Positions 19,756 to 28,713 of a stretch of DNA of 32,000 nucleotides are shown here, piece by piece. This DNA is from Candidatus Babelota bacterium (GTDB lineage Bacteria > Babelota > Babeliae > Babelales > Vermiphilaceae): contig JBDHVY010000001.1 of NCBI GenBank assembly GCA_039809905.1, positions 120,001-152,000 of the forward strand, read 5' to 3'. A model generated the notes under the pieces. That model searched no databases. It was given only the letters and a program-made list of their open reading frames with translations, and was not told where the DNA came from. Numbering within the stretch: position 1 is the first letter of the stretch; every line of letters begins with the position of its first letter. The position numbers and the translations under genes were made by a program.

Positions 19756-19821
19756 ATGCAATTCGGGCTTTCTGCTGGTAATAGCAGAGAGCCCGTTATG
19801 AAATTATCAGTGAAATTTTAA
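19756..19821 (+). pseudogene. Second orphan 21-codon copy of the PAP2 C-terminal tail (MQFGLSAGNSREPVMKLSVKF*)
   Basis: Same length and reading frame as the 17256 copy and the PAP2 gene terminus. Confidence 0.65.
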
Positions 19822-19843
19822 TTGTTTTATTCTAAAAAAAATT

Positions 19844-20680
19844 TTATGCTCCATGTTCCAATAAAGCTTTCTCTAATTCCTTGTTTCCGTAGAGTATTGC
19901 AAGTTCAAGAGCTGTAAGAGATCCTACTTCTTCGGTATAATCAATACCACGTTTTGGAATTGATAAATAATCCAACAAAATAGTGCTATTTCCAAGTTTA
20001 CATAAAGGCTCAAGCAATGCATGAAAATCTGCAAATTGCTTGTAATGATTAAGTACTACTTTCAATCGTGCAATATTTCCATTTTTTGCTGCATATAATG
20101 CATCTTGATGAGCTGCATCGAGAATGCCATTGATAATAGAATCATTTTGAATAAAATCCAACTCTTCATCTAATTTGATTTGTCCTGGCAATTTTCCAAA
20201 ATAAAAGGCTATTCTATCATTTTCTGTTAGCTCTAACTTATCAACAAAATACGCCCCAAAACTGCCACATTTTATAGAAAAATATACTTGTATAATATTT
20301 GAATCAATTTTTTCCATATGATTATTAATTATAGCAGCACATCTCTTTCTTAATCCTTGAGCATCATTCATTCCCAATGCAGGTATGCGGGGAACCTGAT
20401 GATATAAAAACTTTTCCACCAATTTAAAATCATCATAAGAAGGATTTGTTAAGATAGGTCCTAAAATAGTCTCTATATTAGTTGCATCATTCAAGTATTG
20501 ACATACGCTTTTAATTCGTCCCAAAGTTTGAATATCAGAATGCAATTGAACACCAAGTAAAGAAGCGTGTGGCAAAAATTGCACTTGTGGCTTTGGTTTT
20601 GCTACAGACACTAGCATACACGATGTCTGAGAAAAAAGAGAAATTGTTATCGTGAAAAAATATAATGATATATTACTCAT
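19844..20680 (-). CDS. Secreted F-box-like/ankyrin-like protein, paralog of 16189..17061
   Basis: Signal-like N-terminus; HSDIQTLGRIKSVCQYLNDATN; ankyrin-like GSLTALELAILYGNKELEKALLEHGA. Confidence 0.8.
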   Translation of the reverse strand: MSNISLYFFTITISLFSQTSCMLVSVAKPKPQVQFLPHASLLGVQLHSDIQTLGRIKSVCQYLNDATNIETILGPILTNPSYDDFKLVEKFLYHQVPRIPALGMNDAQGLRKRCAAIINNHMEKIDSNIIQVYFSIKCGSFGAYFVDKLELTENDRIAFYFGKLPGQIKLDEELDFIQNDSIINGILDAAHQDALYAAKNGNIARLKVVLNHYKQFADFHALLEPLCKLGNSTILLDYLSIPKRGIDYTEEVGSLTALELAILYGNKELEKALLEHGA

Positions 20681-20732
20681 AGGAAAAATCTTTCATTGTT
20701 GTGCATAACTATAAAATCATCGATAAATATAT

Positions 20733-20827
20733 ATTAATTTCTATTAAAAACAACATGGCGATTTTTCTTGCATCACGAGTAAAATAAGCAATACTAAAAT
20801 ATATCTCATCTAAAAAAAAGGATCTGT
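20733..20827 (+). promoter_or_regulatory. Upstream region of the MIOX gene, duplicated at 17108-17208
   Basis: Shares TTAATTTCTATT(A/G)AAAACAAC...CTTGCATCA...CAATACTAAAA...GGATCTGT with 17.1-17.2 kb; AGGATCTGT could contain a weak RBS. Confidence 0.45.
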
Positions 20828-21673
20828 ATGAAAAAAAATCTGTTTTTATATACATTGCTCACTACACTTAACATAGCTGCGATACAATCTTGCGATAATG
20901 CTAAACCTGAGCATGATTTTCGCGATTATGATAATGTTTCAGAAAAAGTCCTCAAATTTTATCGCTTGAACCACACACACCAAACACTTGATTTCGTTGT
21001 TGCTCAGAAGAAAAAATATTATCCACGCAATAAAAAAGTAATGAGTATTTGGGATGCTATGAAAATGCTTGATACTATTGTTGATGATAGTGATCCCGAT
21101 TTAAATAGCGCACAAACGGTACATGCATTTCAAACAGCAGAACAATTACGCAAAGATGGTCACCCTCGATGGCTTATTTTAACAGGCCTTATTCATGATC
21201 TTGGCAAAGTTCTTATTCTTTTTGGTGAACCTCAATGGGCAGTTGTTGGAGATACTTTTCCCGTAGGATGTGCATATTCAAACAAGATAGTTTTTTCAGA
21301 TTATTTTTCACTTAATGCTGATATACACAACAGGAAACTCAACCATAAATATGGAATCTATCAACCATGTTGTGGTCTTGATAATGTACATATGTCATGG
21401 GGACATGATGAATATTTGTATCAAGTAGTTAAACAATATCTACCTGATGAAGCATCATATATTATCAGGTATCATTCATTTTATGCAGCACACAAGCAAG
21501 GAGAATATGACTATTTAATGGATGACTATGATCGATCAATGATGAAATGGGTAACTTTATTCAGTCATTATGATTTGTATTCAAAAAGCCCAGAACCGGT
21601 GAACGTTTCTGAGCTTATCCCTTTTTATCAAGAATTAGTAGCGGAATTTTTTCCCGAAAACCTAAGATGGTGA
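20828..21673 (+). CDS. miox: Myo-inositol oxygenase with N-terminal export signal
   Basis: LNHTHQTLDFV, DDSDPDLNSAQTVHAFQTAEQLR, GLIHDLGKVLILFGEPQWAVVGDTFPVGC, YQPCCGLDNVHMSWGHDEYLYQV, IIRYHSFY, FSHYDLYSK; signal-like MKKNLFLYTLLTTLNIAAIQSC. Confidence 0.95.
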   Translation: MKKNLFLYTLLTTLNIAAIQSCDNAKPEHDFRDYDNVSEKVLKFYRLNHTHQTLDFVVAQKKKYYPRNKKVMSIWDAMKMLDTIVDDSDPDLNSAQTVHAFQTAEQLRKDGHPRWLILTGLIHDLGKVLILFGEPQWAVVGDTFPVGCAYSNKIVFSDYFSLNADIHNRKLNHKYGIYQPCCGLDNVHMSWGHDEYLYQVVKQYLPDEASYIIRYHSFYAAHKQGEYDYLMDDYDRSMMKWVTLFSHYDLYSKSPEPVNVSELIPFYQELVAEFFPENLRW

Positions 21674-21750
21674 TACCTCATTTAAATTAAATCTTATAAT
21701 TGAATACCTGTTACGAAGCAAAGCGACGTAATAGGTGTTTAGATAATATA

Positions 21751-22377
21751 TTAAAATCTGTCTACCAGTTCAGCAAAATATTGTGCTTCTTGCGCTGCAT
21801 CTTCTGCATCAGTAATACTAAGCCCAACAATAATTACATCTGGTCTGAGGGCTACAATTTTATCAACATTATTACGATTAATTTTTGCAGAAACAAAAAT
21901 AGGCAGATTTGTATTGCCTTTTATCATATCCCATTTATCAAGAAATACGAGTGATTCTGTTTCACTATATGGTTGGTGAAATAAAAGCGCATCTACTCCC
22001 AAATTTTTTGCTTCCAAAGCAGATTGACCTATTGATTGTGAGTCAATAAGGTCAATCATTACTTTAACATTTGCATTATGTGCAGCAGTTGTAGTTGCAT
22101 GAATCACATGATGAGATGTTCCTGCCATTACGGTAATCCAATCTACACCGGCATCGGCAAAAAGCTCTACTATTTCTTTCCCTCGGTCAACAATTTTTGT
22201 ATCAGCAAGAATAATTTTATCAGGAAATGCTTCTTTAAATCGTTTTACAGCAGTAATTCCATGATGATAAATAAGAATGGTTCCTATTTCAATAATATCG
22301 GCATATTGAGCAACTTCTAATCCAATGGCAATCGCTTTGTCCAAATCAATAAGATCGAATGAAATTTGTAACTTCAT
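21751..22377 (-). CDS. OMP-decarboxylase-superfamily enzyme, 3-hexulose-6-phosphate synthase / 3-keto-L-gulonate-6-phosphate decarboxylase-like
   Basis: MKLQISFDLIDLDKAIAIG, IILADTKIVDRGKEIVELFADAGVDWITVMAG, KVMIDLIDSQ; start moved to internal Met 22377. Confidence 0.85.
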   Translation of the reverse strand: MKLQISFDLIDLDKAIAIGLEVAQYADIIEIGTILIYHHGITAVKRFKEAFPDKIILADTKIVDRGKEIVELFADAGVDWITVMAGTSHHVIHATTTAAHNANVKVMIDLIDSQSIGQSALEAKNLGVDALLFHQPYSETESLVFLDKWDMIKGNTNLPIFVSAKINRNNVDKIVALRPDVIIVGLSITDAEDAAQEAQYFAELVDRF

Positions 22378-22500
22378 ATCACGTTTCCCAAAGAATGTGA
22401 TTACTATTTTGTAATAATCATTATTAAATTGATACAATACATACAAATGATGCTCGATTAGTATAGCACTATTTATGGTTTAAAAAAATGGTGCTCCTTT

Positions 22501-23196
22501 TTAATCGGTAATATCAGTTATAATCTTTAAAGGTTCACGATTTTCTTCCGTATGAATAGGTTTGAATAGATGACGAACGGTGAGCATATATAAACTATTT
22601 TCTATAACATTGATTCCCTTTTTTACATAGAAAGAAGGCAGCACAAGGTTTGCTGTTTCATGTGTCAATGCTTTTTCTAGATCTATTTGTACGTTTTTTG
22701 GTTTAGCAACAACAACGATTGTCGCCAAAGGGACTGTCATATTTTCTTCTAAAGGAACTTCTCGTGTTTGCCAATAATGGTAAGCTTTATCCTCATTATA
22801 TGATACTTCACATTCGTACATTGTTGCAGGAATCCCTGGAATTCGCCTCCAGTTCAAAATAGTGTTTTCAGATAAAGGTACAGGGACAATTTCGGGAGTT
22901 ATGAGAATATTCACTATACTTTTTTGATGCTTTCTTGGGAAACTCAACTCCCCATTATGATCAGATGCCGCCATATATCCACCATATACAGCAACAATCC
23001 CTTCGATAGGTGATGCTTTCATCATGCCTTTTGCCACATATTTTGCTAATTTTCCTGGTTTTTTGAGCTTCTGGCTTATTTTTTCAGCATCAGTTAATGG
23101 CGCCTGCTTAAAAAATAGCACTATCCTTGGCACTGCCTGAATAGAACAAGAAATAAGCAATAGAATCATCAGATGAATATAATGTTCTTTTTTCAT
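22501..23196 (-). CDS. Secreted hypothetical protein (231 aa)
   Basis: Signal-like MKKEHYIHLMILLLISCSIQA; no recognised domain. Confidence 0.7.
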   Translation of the reverse strand: MKKEHYIHLMILLLISCSIQAVPRIVLFFKQAPLTDAEKISQKLKKPGKLAKYVAKGMMKASPIEGIVAVYGGYMAASDHNGELSFPRKHQKSIVNILITPEIVPVPLSENTILNWRRIPGIPATMYECEVSYNEDKAYHYWQTREVPLEENMTVPLATIVVVAKPKNVQIDLEKALTHETANLVLPSFYVKKGINVIENSLYMLTVRHLFKPIHTEENREPLKIITDITD

Positions 23197-23276
23197 AGGG
23201 GCACTTTACTGGTAATACAAATTGTATTTTACTCCTAATCATGGTACTATAAATAGAGAACAAAAAGATATATTTT

Positions 23277-23939
23277 ATGGGAACAAAAGTGGACAATCAT
23301 CATCTAGACAGTAATTTTGTATCAGCTCAATGGGTTAATTTCATCAATAAATATAACATAACTGAACAGCAAGCTACCCAATTTAAGCACTATCTTGACC
23401 TTTTAGTTGAGTGGAATAATAAGTTTAACCTTACCGCCATCACCCATGAGGACGAGATTATAAAGTATCATTTTGATGATTCGCTTGCCATAAGCAAGCA
23501 CCTTGATTTTCAAACGCTGCAAACAACAGCTGATATTGGTACCGGAGCTGGATTTCCAGGGCTTGCATTAAAAATCCTGTTTCCTCACCTACATATGATT
23601 CTTATTGAAGTAAACAATAAAAAAAGATCTTTTTTGGCTCATGTTGCACAAGAATTAGGGCTAGAAAACATCACTATATATGCGTATGATTGGCGAACTT
23701 TTTTACGAACATCAGATTATGAAATCGATTATTTTTTTGCTCGTGCTTCATTACAACCAGAGGAATTGATACGAGTATTTAAGCCTTCATGCATATACAA
23801 AGATGCTGTACTGGTTTACTGGGCATCCCAACAATGGAAACCTGAAAAACTAGAAGCTTGTTTTGTAGAAAAAGAAATAGTCTATACACTAGATACTATA
23901 CAAAGAAAACTTATCTTTTTTGCGCAAAAAAAAAATTAA
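23277..23939 (+). CDS. rsmG: 16S rRNA (guanine-N7)-methyltransferase RsmG-like
   Basis: LVEWNNKFNLTAITHEDEIIKYHFDDSLA, ADIGTGAGFPGLALKILFPHLHMILIEVNNKKRSFL. Confidence 0.9.
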   Translation: MGTKVDNHHLDSNFVSAQWVNFINKYNITEQQATQFKHYLDLLVEWNNKFNLTAITHEDEIIKYHFDDSLAISKHLDFQTLQTTADIGTGAGFPGLALKILFPHLHMILIEVNNKKRSFLAHVAQELGLENITIYAYDWRTFLRTSDYEIDYFFARASLQPEELIRVFKPSCIYKDAVLVYWASQQWKPEKLEACFVEKEIVYTLDTIQRKLIFFAQKKN

Positions 23940-23958
23940 AAACAACAGAGGGAACATA

Positions 23959-25521
23959 ATGGTAAGAAGTTTTATTATTCGTTACATAGATGATATTTAT
24001 AATGGACAAAAAGGTGAGCGCTATAGCTCATTATTCCGTTATTTTATTCCAGAATTCATTACTAATTTTTTATTATATGCCATGCCGTTCTGGCTTGATG
24101 CTGCATTTATCGGATCTCTTGCATCCGTTAATACCTATGCAACATTGGGGGTAACTAATAGCTTTCTCCATTTAATCATTAAAGTTGGTGAAGCGATCTC
24201 TGTTGGAACAATTGTCTTGAGCGGTCAATTTAATGGAAAAAATTCATTTGAAAATGCTGGCAGAACTTTGCGCGATGCTTTTTGGCTCACGACAATACTT
24301 GGATTAACATTTGGGAGCATACTCTTTTTTGGAGCACATACCATTTATACATGGTACGGTGTTTCGGAAGAAATAATTGCGCTTGGAGTTCCATTTTTAC
24401 GATTACGTGCGGTTGGCGTTTTATGCATGTTCATTTATCTTGCATTGGTAGGATTTTTACGTGGTATTAAAAATTCTCGTGCTCCGATGAAAATTTTTAT
24501 TTTTGGATCAATTCTCTTTGTTTTTTTTGATTATGTACTTATTTTTGGTAAATTCGGATTTCCAGAAATGGGGCTGCAAGGATCTGCTCTGGCAACAGTT
24601 ATACAATACAGCAGTATGATGCTTATTGCCCTTGGATATGTATTATTCAATAAAAAAAATCATAAATATGGTATCAATTTTTTTTCTGCCCTTACTGATG
24701 TTTCTTATGTTAAGCATCTTCTGAAAATATCTTGGCCTGTTGTTCTTGATAAAGCCATCATGGCATGGGCATATGTATGGCTAGGAAAAATGATTGCAAC
24801 AATAGGAACTGGTGGTATTGCTGCATTCTGCGTGGTAAAAGATATGGAACGCTTTGCATTTTTACCCGCCATTGCCTTTGCTCAAATTATTACATTTTTA
24901 GCAAGTAATGATGTTGGGATTGCAAATTGGGAAAATATAAAAATAAATATTAAAAAAACTATTTTACTCTCATCTGGAATGGTGTCAGCAATTTTAGCTT
25001 TCTTCATTTATCATCGTGAATATATTATTAATATTTTCGATAAGAAAGGCGATTTTTCCGGAATTGCAATGAAAGCTTTTCCTATTTTGAGTATATTTAT
25101 CATCTTTGATTTGATACAATTGATCCTATCTGGTGCTCTACGCGGTGCTGGTAATGTACACATTGTAATGGTAGTAAGACTTGTTACCTGCTTCTGTTAT
25201 TTTGTTCCTGTTTCATACATGTTATCACAACTTCAACTTCAAAACGACACACTCAAACTTATTTTGCTTTATGGTTCATTTTACCTTGGTAATGCACTCA
25301 TGAGTATTTGGTACATCAAAAGATTCCGCAGTGAGTCATGGAAAACAAAATCGTTCTCTTCACAAAACCCAGAAAAAATTGAATCAGAACAATCTGAAAA
25401 AATAGAATCCGTAACACCTTCTACCAAAGTTATCTTCAAAGAAGAAAATCATCATTCATCATCAGAAAACATACATTCAATTCAGCATGAAGATAATAGA
25501 AAAAACGAACTGAACAAATAA
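23959..25521 (+). CDS. MATE/DinF-type multidrug/solute antiporter
   Basis: About 12 hydrophobic segments; YAMPFWLDAAFIGSLASVNTYATLGVTNSF, GFLRGIKNSRAPMKIFI, GLQGSALATV; start taken at Met 23959. Confidence 0.85.
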   Translation: MVRSFIIRYIDDIYNGQKGERYSSLFRYFIPEFITNFLLYAMPFWLDAAFIGSLASVNTYATLGVTNSFLHLIIKVGEAISVGTIVLSGQFNGKNSFENAGRTLRDAFWLTTILGLTFGSILFFGAHTIYTWYGVSEEIIALGVPFLRLRAVGVLCMFIYLALVGFLRGIKNSRAPMKIFIFGSILFVFFDYVLIFGKFGFPEMGLQGSALATVIQYSSMMLIALGYVLFNKKNHKYGINFFSALTDVSYVKHLLKISWPVVLDKAIMAWAYVWLGKMIATIGTGGIAAFCVVKDMERFAFLPAIAFAQIITFLASNDVGIANWENIKINIKKTILLSSGMVSAILAFFIYHREYIINIFDKKGDFSGIAMKAFPILSIFIIFDLIQLILSGALRGAGNVHIVMVVRLVTCFCYFVPVSYMLSQLQLQNDTLKLILLYGSFYLGNALMSIWYIKRFRSESWKTKSFSSQNPEKIESEQSEKIESVTPSTKVIFKEENHHSSSENIHSIQHEDNRKNELNK

Positions 25522-25540
25522 AACAAAAGAAAGATATCCT

Positions 25541-25819
25541 ATGATCACCAAAGAAGAAGTTGAAAAAATTGCTCGTCTTTCCAATATAGAACTTTCTGAG
25601 TCAGAAATAATTAATGCACAAAAACATCTTGAAGCGGTTTTAAGCTATGCTGCTCGCGTACAAGATATTGCCCAAGATGTAGATATTGCAATTTTAAAAA
25701 ATGAAAATATTGAACGTGAAGACATTATAATAAAAACAGATTCACAAACTATTCTTGCACAAGCACCTGAACGTGAAGGTGATTTTTTTGTGGTACCAGC
25801 AATTATTGAAAATAACTAA
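25541..25819 (+). CDS. gatC: Asp/Glu-tRNA(Asn/Gln) amidotransferase subunit C
   Basis: MITKEEVEKIARLSNIELSESEI...LEAVLSYAARVQDI, typical GatC N-terminus and size. Confidence 0.9.
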   Translation: MITKEEVEKIARLSNIELSESEIINAQKHLEAVLSYAARVQDIAQDVDIAILKNENIEREDIIIKTDSQTILAQAPEREGDFFVVPAIIENN

Positions 25820-25864
25820 GCTCAAAAATTTGACAAAATGATATTGTATTAAAAATACTGTATC

Positions 25865-25973
25865 TGCGCTCATCCTGAACCTGTTGAAGGATTAAGCGCA
25901 TGCCTTGTAAATTGAATCTTCCAAAAAAAAGAGCGCTCGAAGAAAACCCTTCAACAAGTTCAGGGCGAGCGCA
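25865..25973. repeat. Intergenic element with 28-bp imperfect terminal inverted repeats
   Basis: TGCGCTCATCCTGAACCTGTTGAAGGAT (25865-25892) vs the reverse complement of 25946-25973, TGCGCTCGCCCTGAACTTGTTGAAGGGT: 24 of 28 matches. Confidence 0.8.
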
Positions 25974-26019
25974 ATAAGAATTTTTAAAAATAAAATTTGA
26001 ATATCGCTATAGGAACCCC

Positions 26020-27468
26020 ATGAGCATTCATCCATTTATAACAATCCGTGAATTAGAAGAAAAATTAGCCAAAAAAGAAATTACCCGCGAAGAAATTCTT
26101 GAATTTTATCTCGCAAGATTTGAATCATTTGATAAGAATATCGGCTCTGCACTTGAAATATTTGATAAAGAATCAATCCTGAATGCCAGCAATACACAAG
26201 ATGGTAATCTTTTTGGTATTCCCGGCCTTATTAAAGATAATATTTGTCAAAAGAACCGCACTACTTCATGCGCATCCAAAATATTAGAAAATTTTGTAAG
26301 CACTTATGATGCAACCGCAATTGAACGCTTGAAAAATGCTGGTGCATTGCTTATTGGTAGAGCCAATATGGATGAATTTGCAATGGGAAGCTCAACAGAA
26401 ACTTCTGCTTTTCAAAAAACACATAATCCATGGGATGTATCACGCATTCCTGGCGGTTCTAGTGGTGGATCGGCTGCTGCTGTTGCAGCTGGATTAGTAC
26501 CATGGGCACTCGGCTCTGATACGGGTGGATCAGTAAATCAGCCTGCTGCTTTATGTGGCATTGTTGGATTGAAACCAAGTTATGGTTTAGTTTCACGATA
26601 CGGATTAATTGCATATGGCTCATCAATTGATCAAATAGGGATCATGACTCGTAGTGTATATGATAATGCGCGAGTGCTTTCTGTTATTGCAGGTAAAGAT
26701 GATAAAGACGCATCAATGCAACAAACAGAGGCTAAAGATTACACCCGTAATTTAACGGGATCTTTGCCGCAAAATCTACGCATTGGTATAGTTGATAATG
26801 CTCTCCATGCGCAAGGAGTTGAAGCTGATATCGTTAATGCAATTGAAACAGCAATAAATGTATTTCAACAAAATGGTGCTAGCATCAAACGTCTACAATT
26901 GCCAACTCTTGATTATGCTGCAGCAACATACTTTATTTTAAGCCGCGCAGAAGCTGCATCTAATTTAGCTCGTTTTGATGGCGTACGGTATGGTCTGCGC
27001 AATAAAAAAGCTACTACCCTAACAAAAATGTATTCCAGTTCTCGTCATGATGGCTTTGGCCCTGAAGTACGTGCACGTATTTTGGTTGGAAATTATGTAC
27101 TTTCAGCTGGTCATGCAGGACAATTTTATAATAATGCACAAAAGGTACAACGTTTAATTAGACATGATTTTGCACAAGCATTTGCTGATGTAGATGTGCT
27201 TATTATTCCAACTCATCCGGCACCTGCATTCAAATTTGGCGCATTTGCTGATAATAAACTACAAATGGATTTGCAAGACTACTTTACCTGCGCAATGAAC
27301 TTGGCAGGAATTGCATCTCTTGGTATTCCGTGTGGCATGAGTAGTGATAACTTGCCAATTGGTCTTCAAATTGTTGGTCCAAGTTTGTCAGAAGAATTAT
27401 TATTCCAAGTAGGACATGCATATCAACAATATACAGATTGGCATAAAAAAACCCCAACCGAATACTAA
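26020..27468 (+). CDS. gatA: Asp/Glu-tRNA(Asn/Gln) amidotransferase subunit A
   Basis: [74 protein letters not shown]. Confidence 0.95.
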   Translation: MSIHPFITIRELEEKLAKKEITREEILEFYLARFESFDKNIGSALEIFDKESILNASNTQDGNLFGIPGLIKDNICQKNRTTSCASKILENFVSTYDATAIERLKNAGALLIGRANMDEFAMGSSTETSAFQKTHNPWDVSRIPGGSSGGSAAAVAAGLVPWALGSDTGGSVNQPAALCGIVGLKPSYGLVSRYGLIAYGSSIDQIGIMTRSVYDNARVLSVIAGKDDKDASMQQTEAKDYTRNLTGSLPQNLRIGIVDNALHAQGVEADIVNAIETAINVFQQNGASIKRLQLPTLDYAAATYFILSRAEAASNLARFDGVRYGLRNKKATTLTKMYSSSRHDGFGPEVRARILVGNYVLSAGHAGQFYNNAQKVQRLIRHDFAQAFADVDVLIIPTHPAPAFKFGAFADNKLQMDLQDYFTCAMNLAGIASLGIPCGMSSDNLPIGLQIVGPSLSEELLFQVGHAYQQYTDWHKKTPTEY

Positions 27469-27487
27469 TAACATATAAGAACACACT

Positions 27488-28567
27488 ATGATTTATATAA
27501 ATATTATAATTTTTGTAACACTACTAGGGTATCATACAATGACATTTTTATCAGAAGAAAAGATTACTTCTATAGGGCTACAAGAACTTTTATTTGAAGA
27601 TGAACAAAGAATTTTCGACCAAAAAACAAGAATGATTGAAGTTGCTGTATGGTATCCAACACAACAAAAAACTCCTGGTGAAAAAATAGATTCTGATATA
27701 TGGATAATTAAAAATGCAATAAAAAATGCTCCTCTTGATTCTACTACAAAATTACCACTCATTATTTTCTCACATGGATATAGCGGCGACCAATGGGCAC
27801 ATACCTGGTTTGCAGAATATTTTGCGGAACATGGCTATATAGTAGCTATAGTTCGCCACTATGGAAACAGCTATCCCAATATGATTCCAGAAATATGCGT
27901 CAGACCTTGGAATAGACCACAAGATCTTAGTTTTGTTTTAGATCAATTATTAAAACATGAAGAATTTAAAGATAGCATTGATACGAATCGTATTGGAGCA
28001 GCAGGTTTTTCCCAAGGTGGTGTCGCATGTATGTGGCTAGCAGGAGTTAAAGCTCACCTTACTCGTGAAAACCTTAAACAACAAATCACTATGGTTCATG
28101 ATCCTGAATATAAACAGCTTCATTTTAAAAATATTCCATCAGATCGATTAGACAACGTTCTTGATAATTTCACAGAACAAGATTTTACACAGGCAAATCG
28201 CTCATATTATGACCAACGATTTAAAGCTGTTTTTGTCATGGCACCTGGAATTGATGAAGAAAATATTATGTTTAATCCAGACGGTTTATCACAATCAAAA
28301 ATACCTATGCATATAACAGTAGGGCAAATTGATGAAGGAACCGTCGAGCAATCAATCTTTTTTTCGCAACATATTCCCAATTGCACGCTCACTATTATTC
28401 CCGGTTATGTTACTCACTGGCCATTACTCAATGAAGGTACTCCAGAAGGTAAACTAAAAAGACCAATATATACTATTGATCATCCTTCAGTAGACAGAAA
28501 AAAAATACATTCGGATACAGCTGACCAAGCTTTGGAATTTTTTAACCTAAACTTTGCAAAAAATTAA
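27488..28567 (+). CDS. Alpha/beta hydrolase, PAF-acetylhydrolase/dienelactone-hydrolase-like
   Basis: VAVWYPTQ, LPLIIFSHGYSG, nucleophile elbow AAGFSQGG, late His region HWPLLNEG. Confidence 0.75.
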   Translation: MIYINIIIFVTLLGYHTMTFLSEEKITSIGLQELLFEDEQRIFDQKTRMIEVAVWYPTQQKTPGEKIDSDIWIIKNAIKNAPLDSTTKLPLIIFSHGYSGDQWAHTWFAEYFAEHGYIVAIVRHYGNSYPNMIPEICVRPWNRPQDLSFVLDQLLKHEEFKDSIDTNRIGAAGFSQGGVACMWLAGVKAHLTRENLKQQITMVHDPEYKQLHFKNIPSDRLDNVLDNFTEQDFTQANRSYYDQRFKAVFVMAPGIDEENIMFNPDGLSQSKIPMHITVGQIDEGTVEQSIFFSQHIPNCTLTIIPGYVTHWPLLNEGTPEGKLKRPIYTIDHPSVDRKKIHSDTADQALEFFNLNFAKN

Positions 28568-28630
28568 ATGGAAAATAAAAATAACATTAAAACTACGAAG
28601 AGCTAGCTGATTACTAAAATTAATCACGCA

Positions 28631-28659
28631 AAAAGGAGGCTATAAAGCCTCCTTTTTTT
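28631..28659. terminator. Rho-independent terminator
   Basis: GGAGGC (28635-28640), loop TATAAA, GCCTCC (28647-28652), then TTTTTTT; upstream A-run makes it potentially bidirectional. Confidence 0.85.
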
Positions 28660-28713
28660 ATATGCACTTTTCTTCAATACCTATTTTTCGTGCTTCTAAA
28701 GTCCAAAGCTTTT

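Noticed and set aside
12911-20680. Possible phage defence or toxin island
   Set aside because: Ankyrin/F-box-like proteins with signal peptides fit host-interaction effectors better; no nuclease, reverse transcriptase, toxin-antitoxin or CRISPR-like partners were seen.
20828-21673. Generic HD-domain phosphohydrolase annotation for the MIOX gene
   Set aside because: The full MIOX-specific pattern and length match, not just the HD signature.
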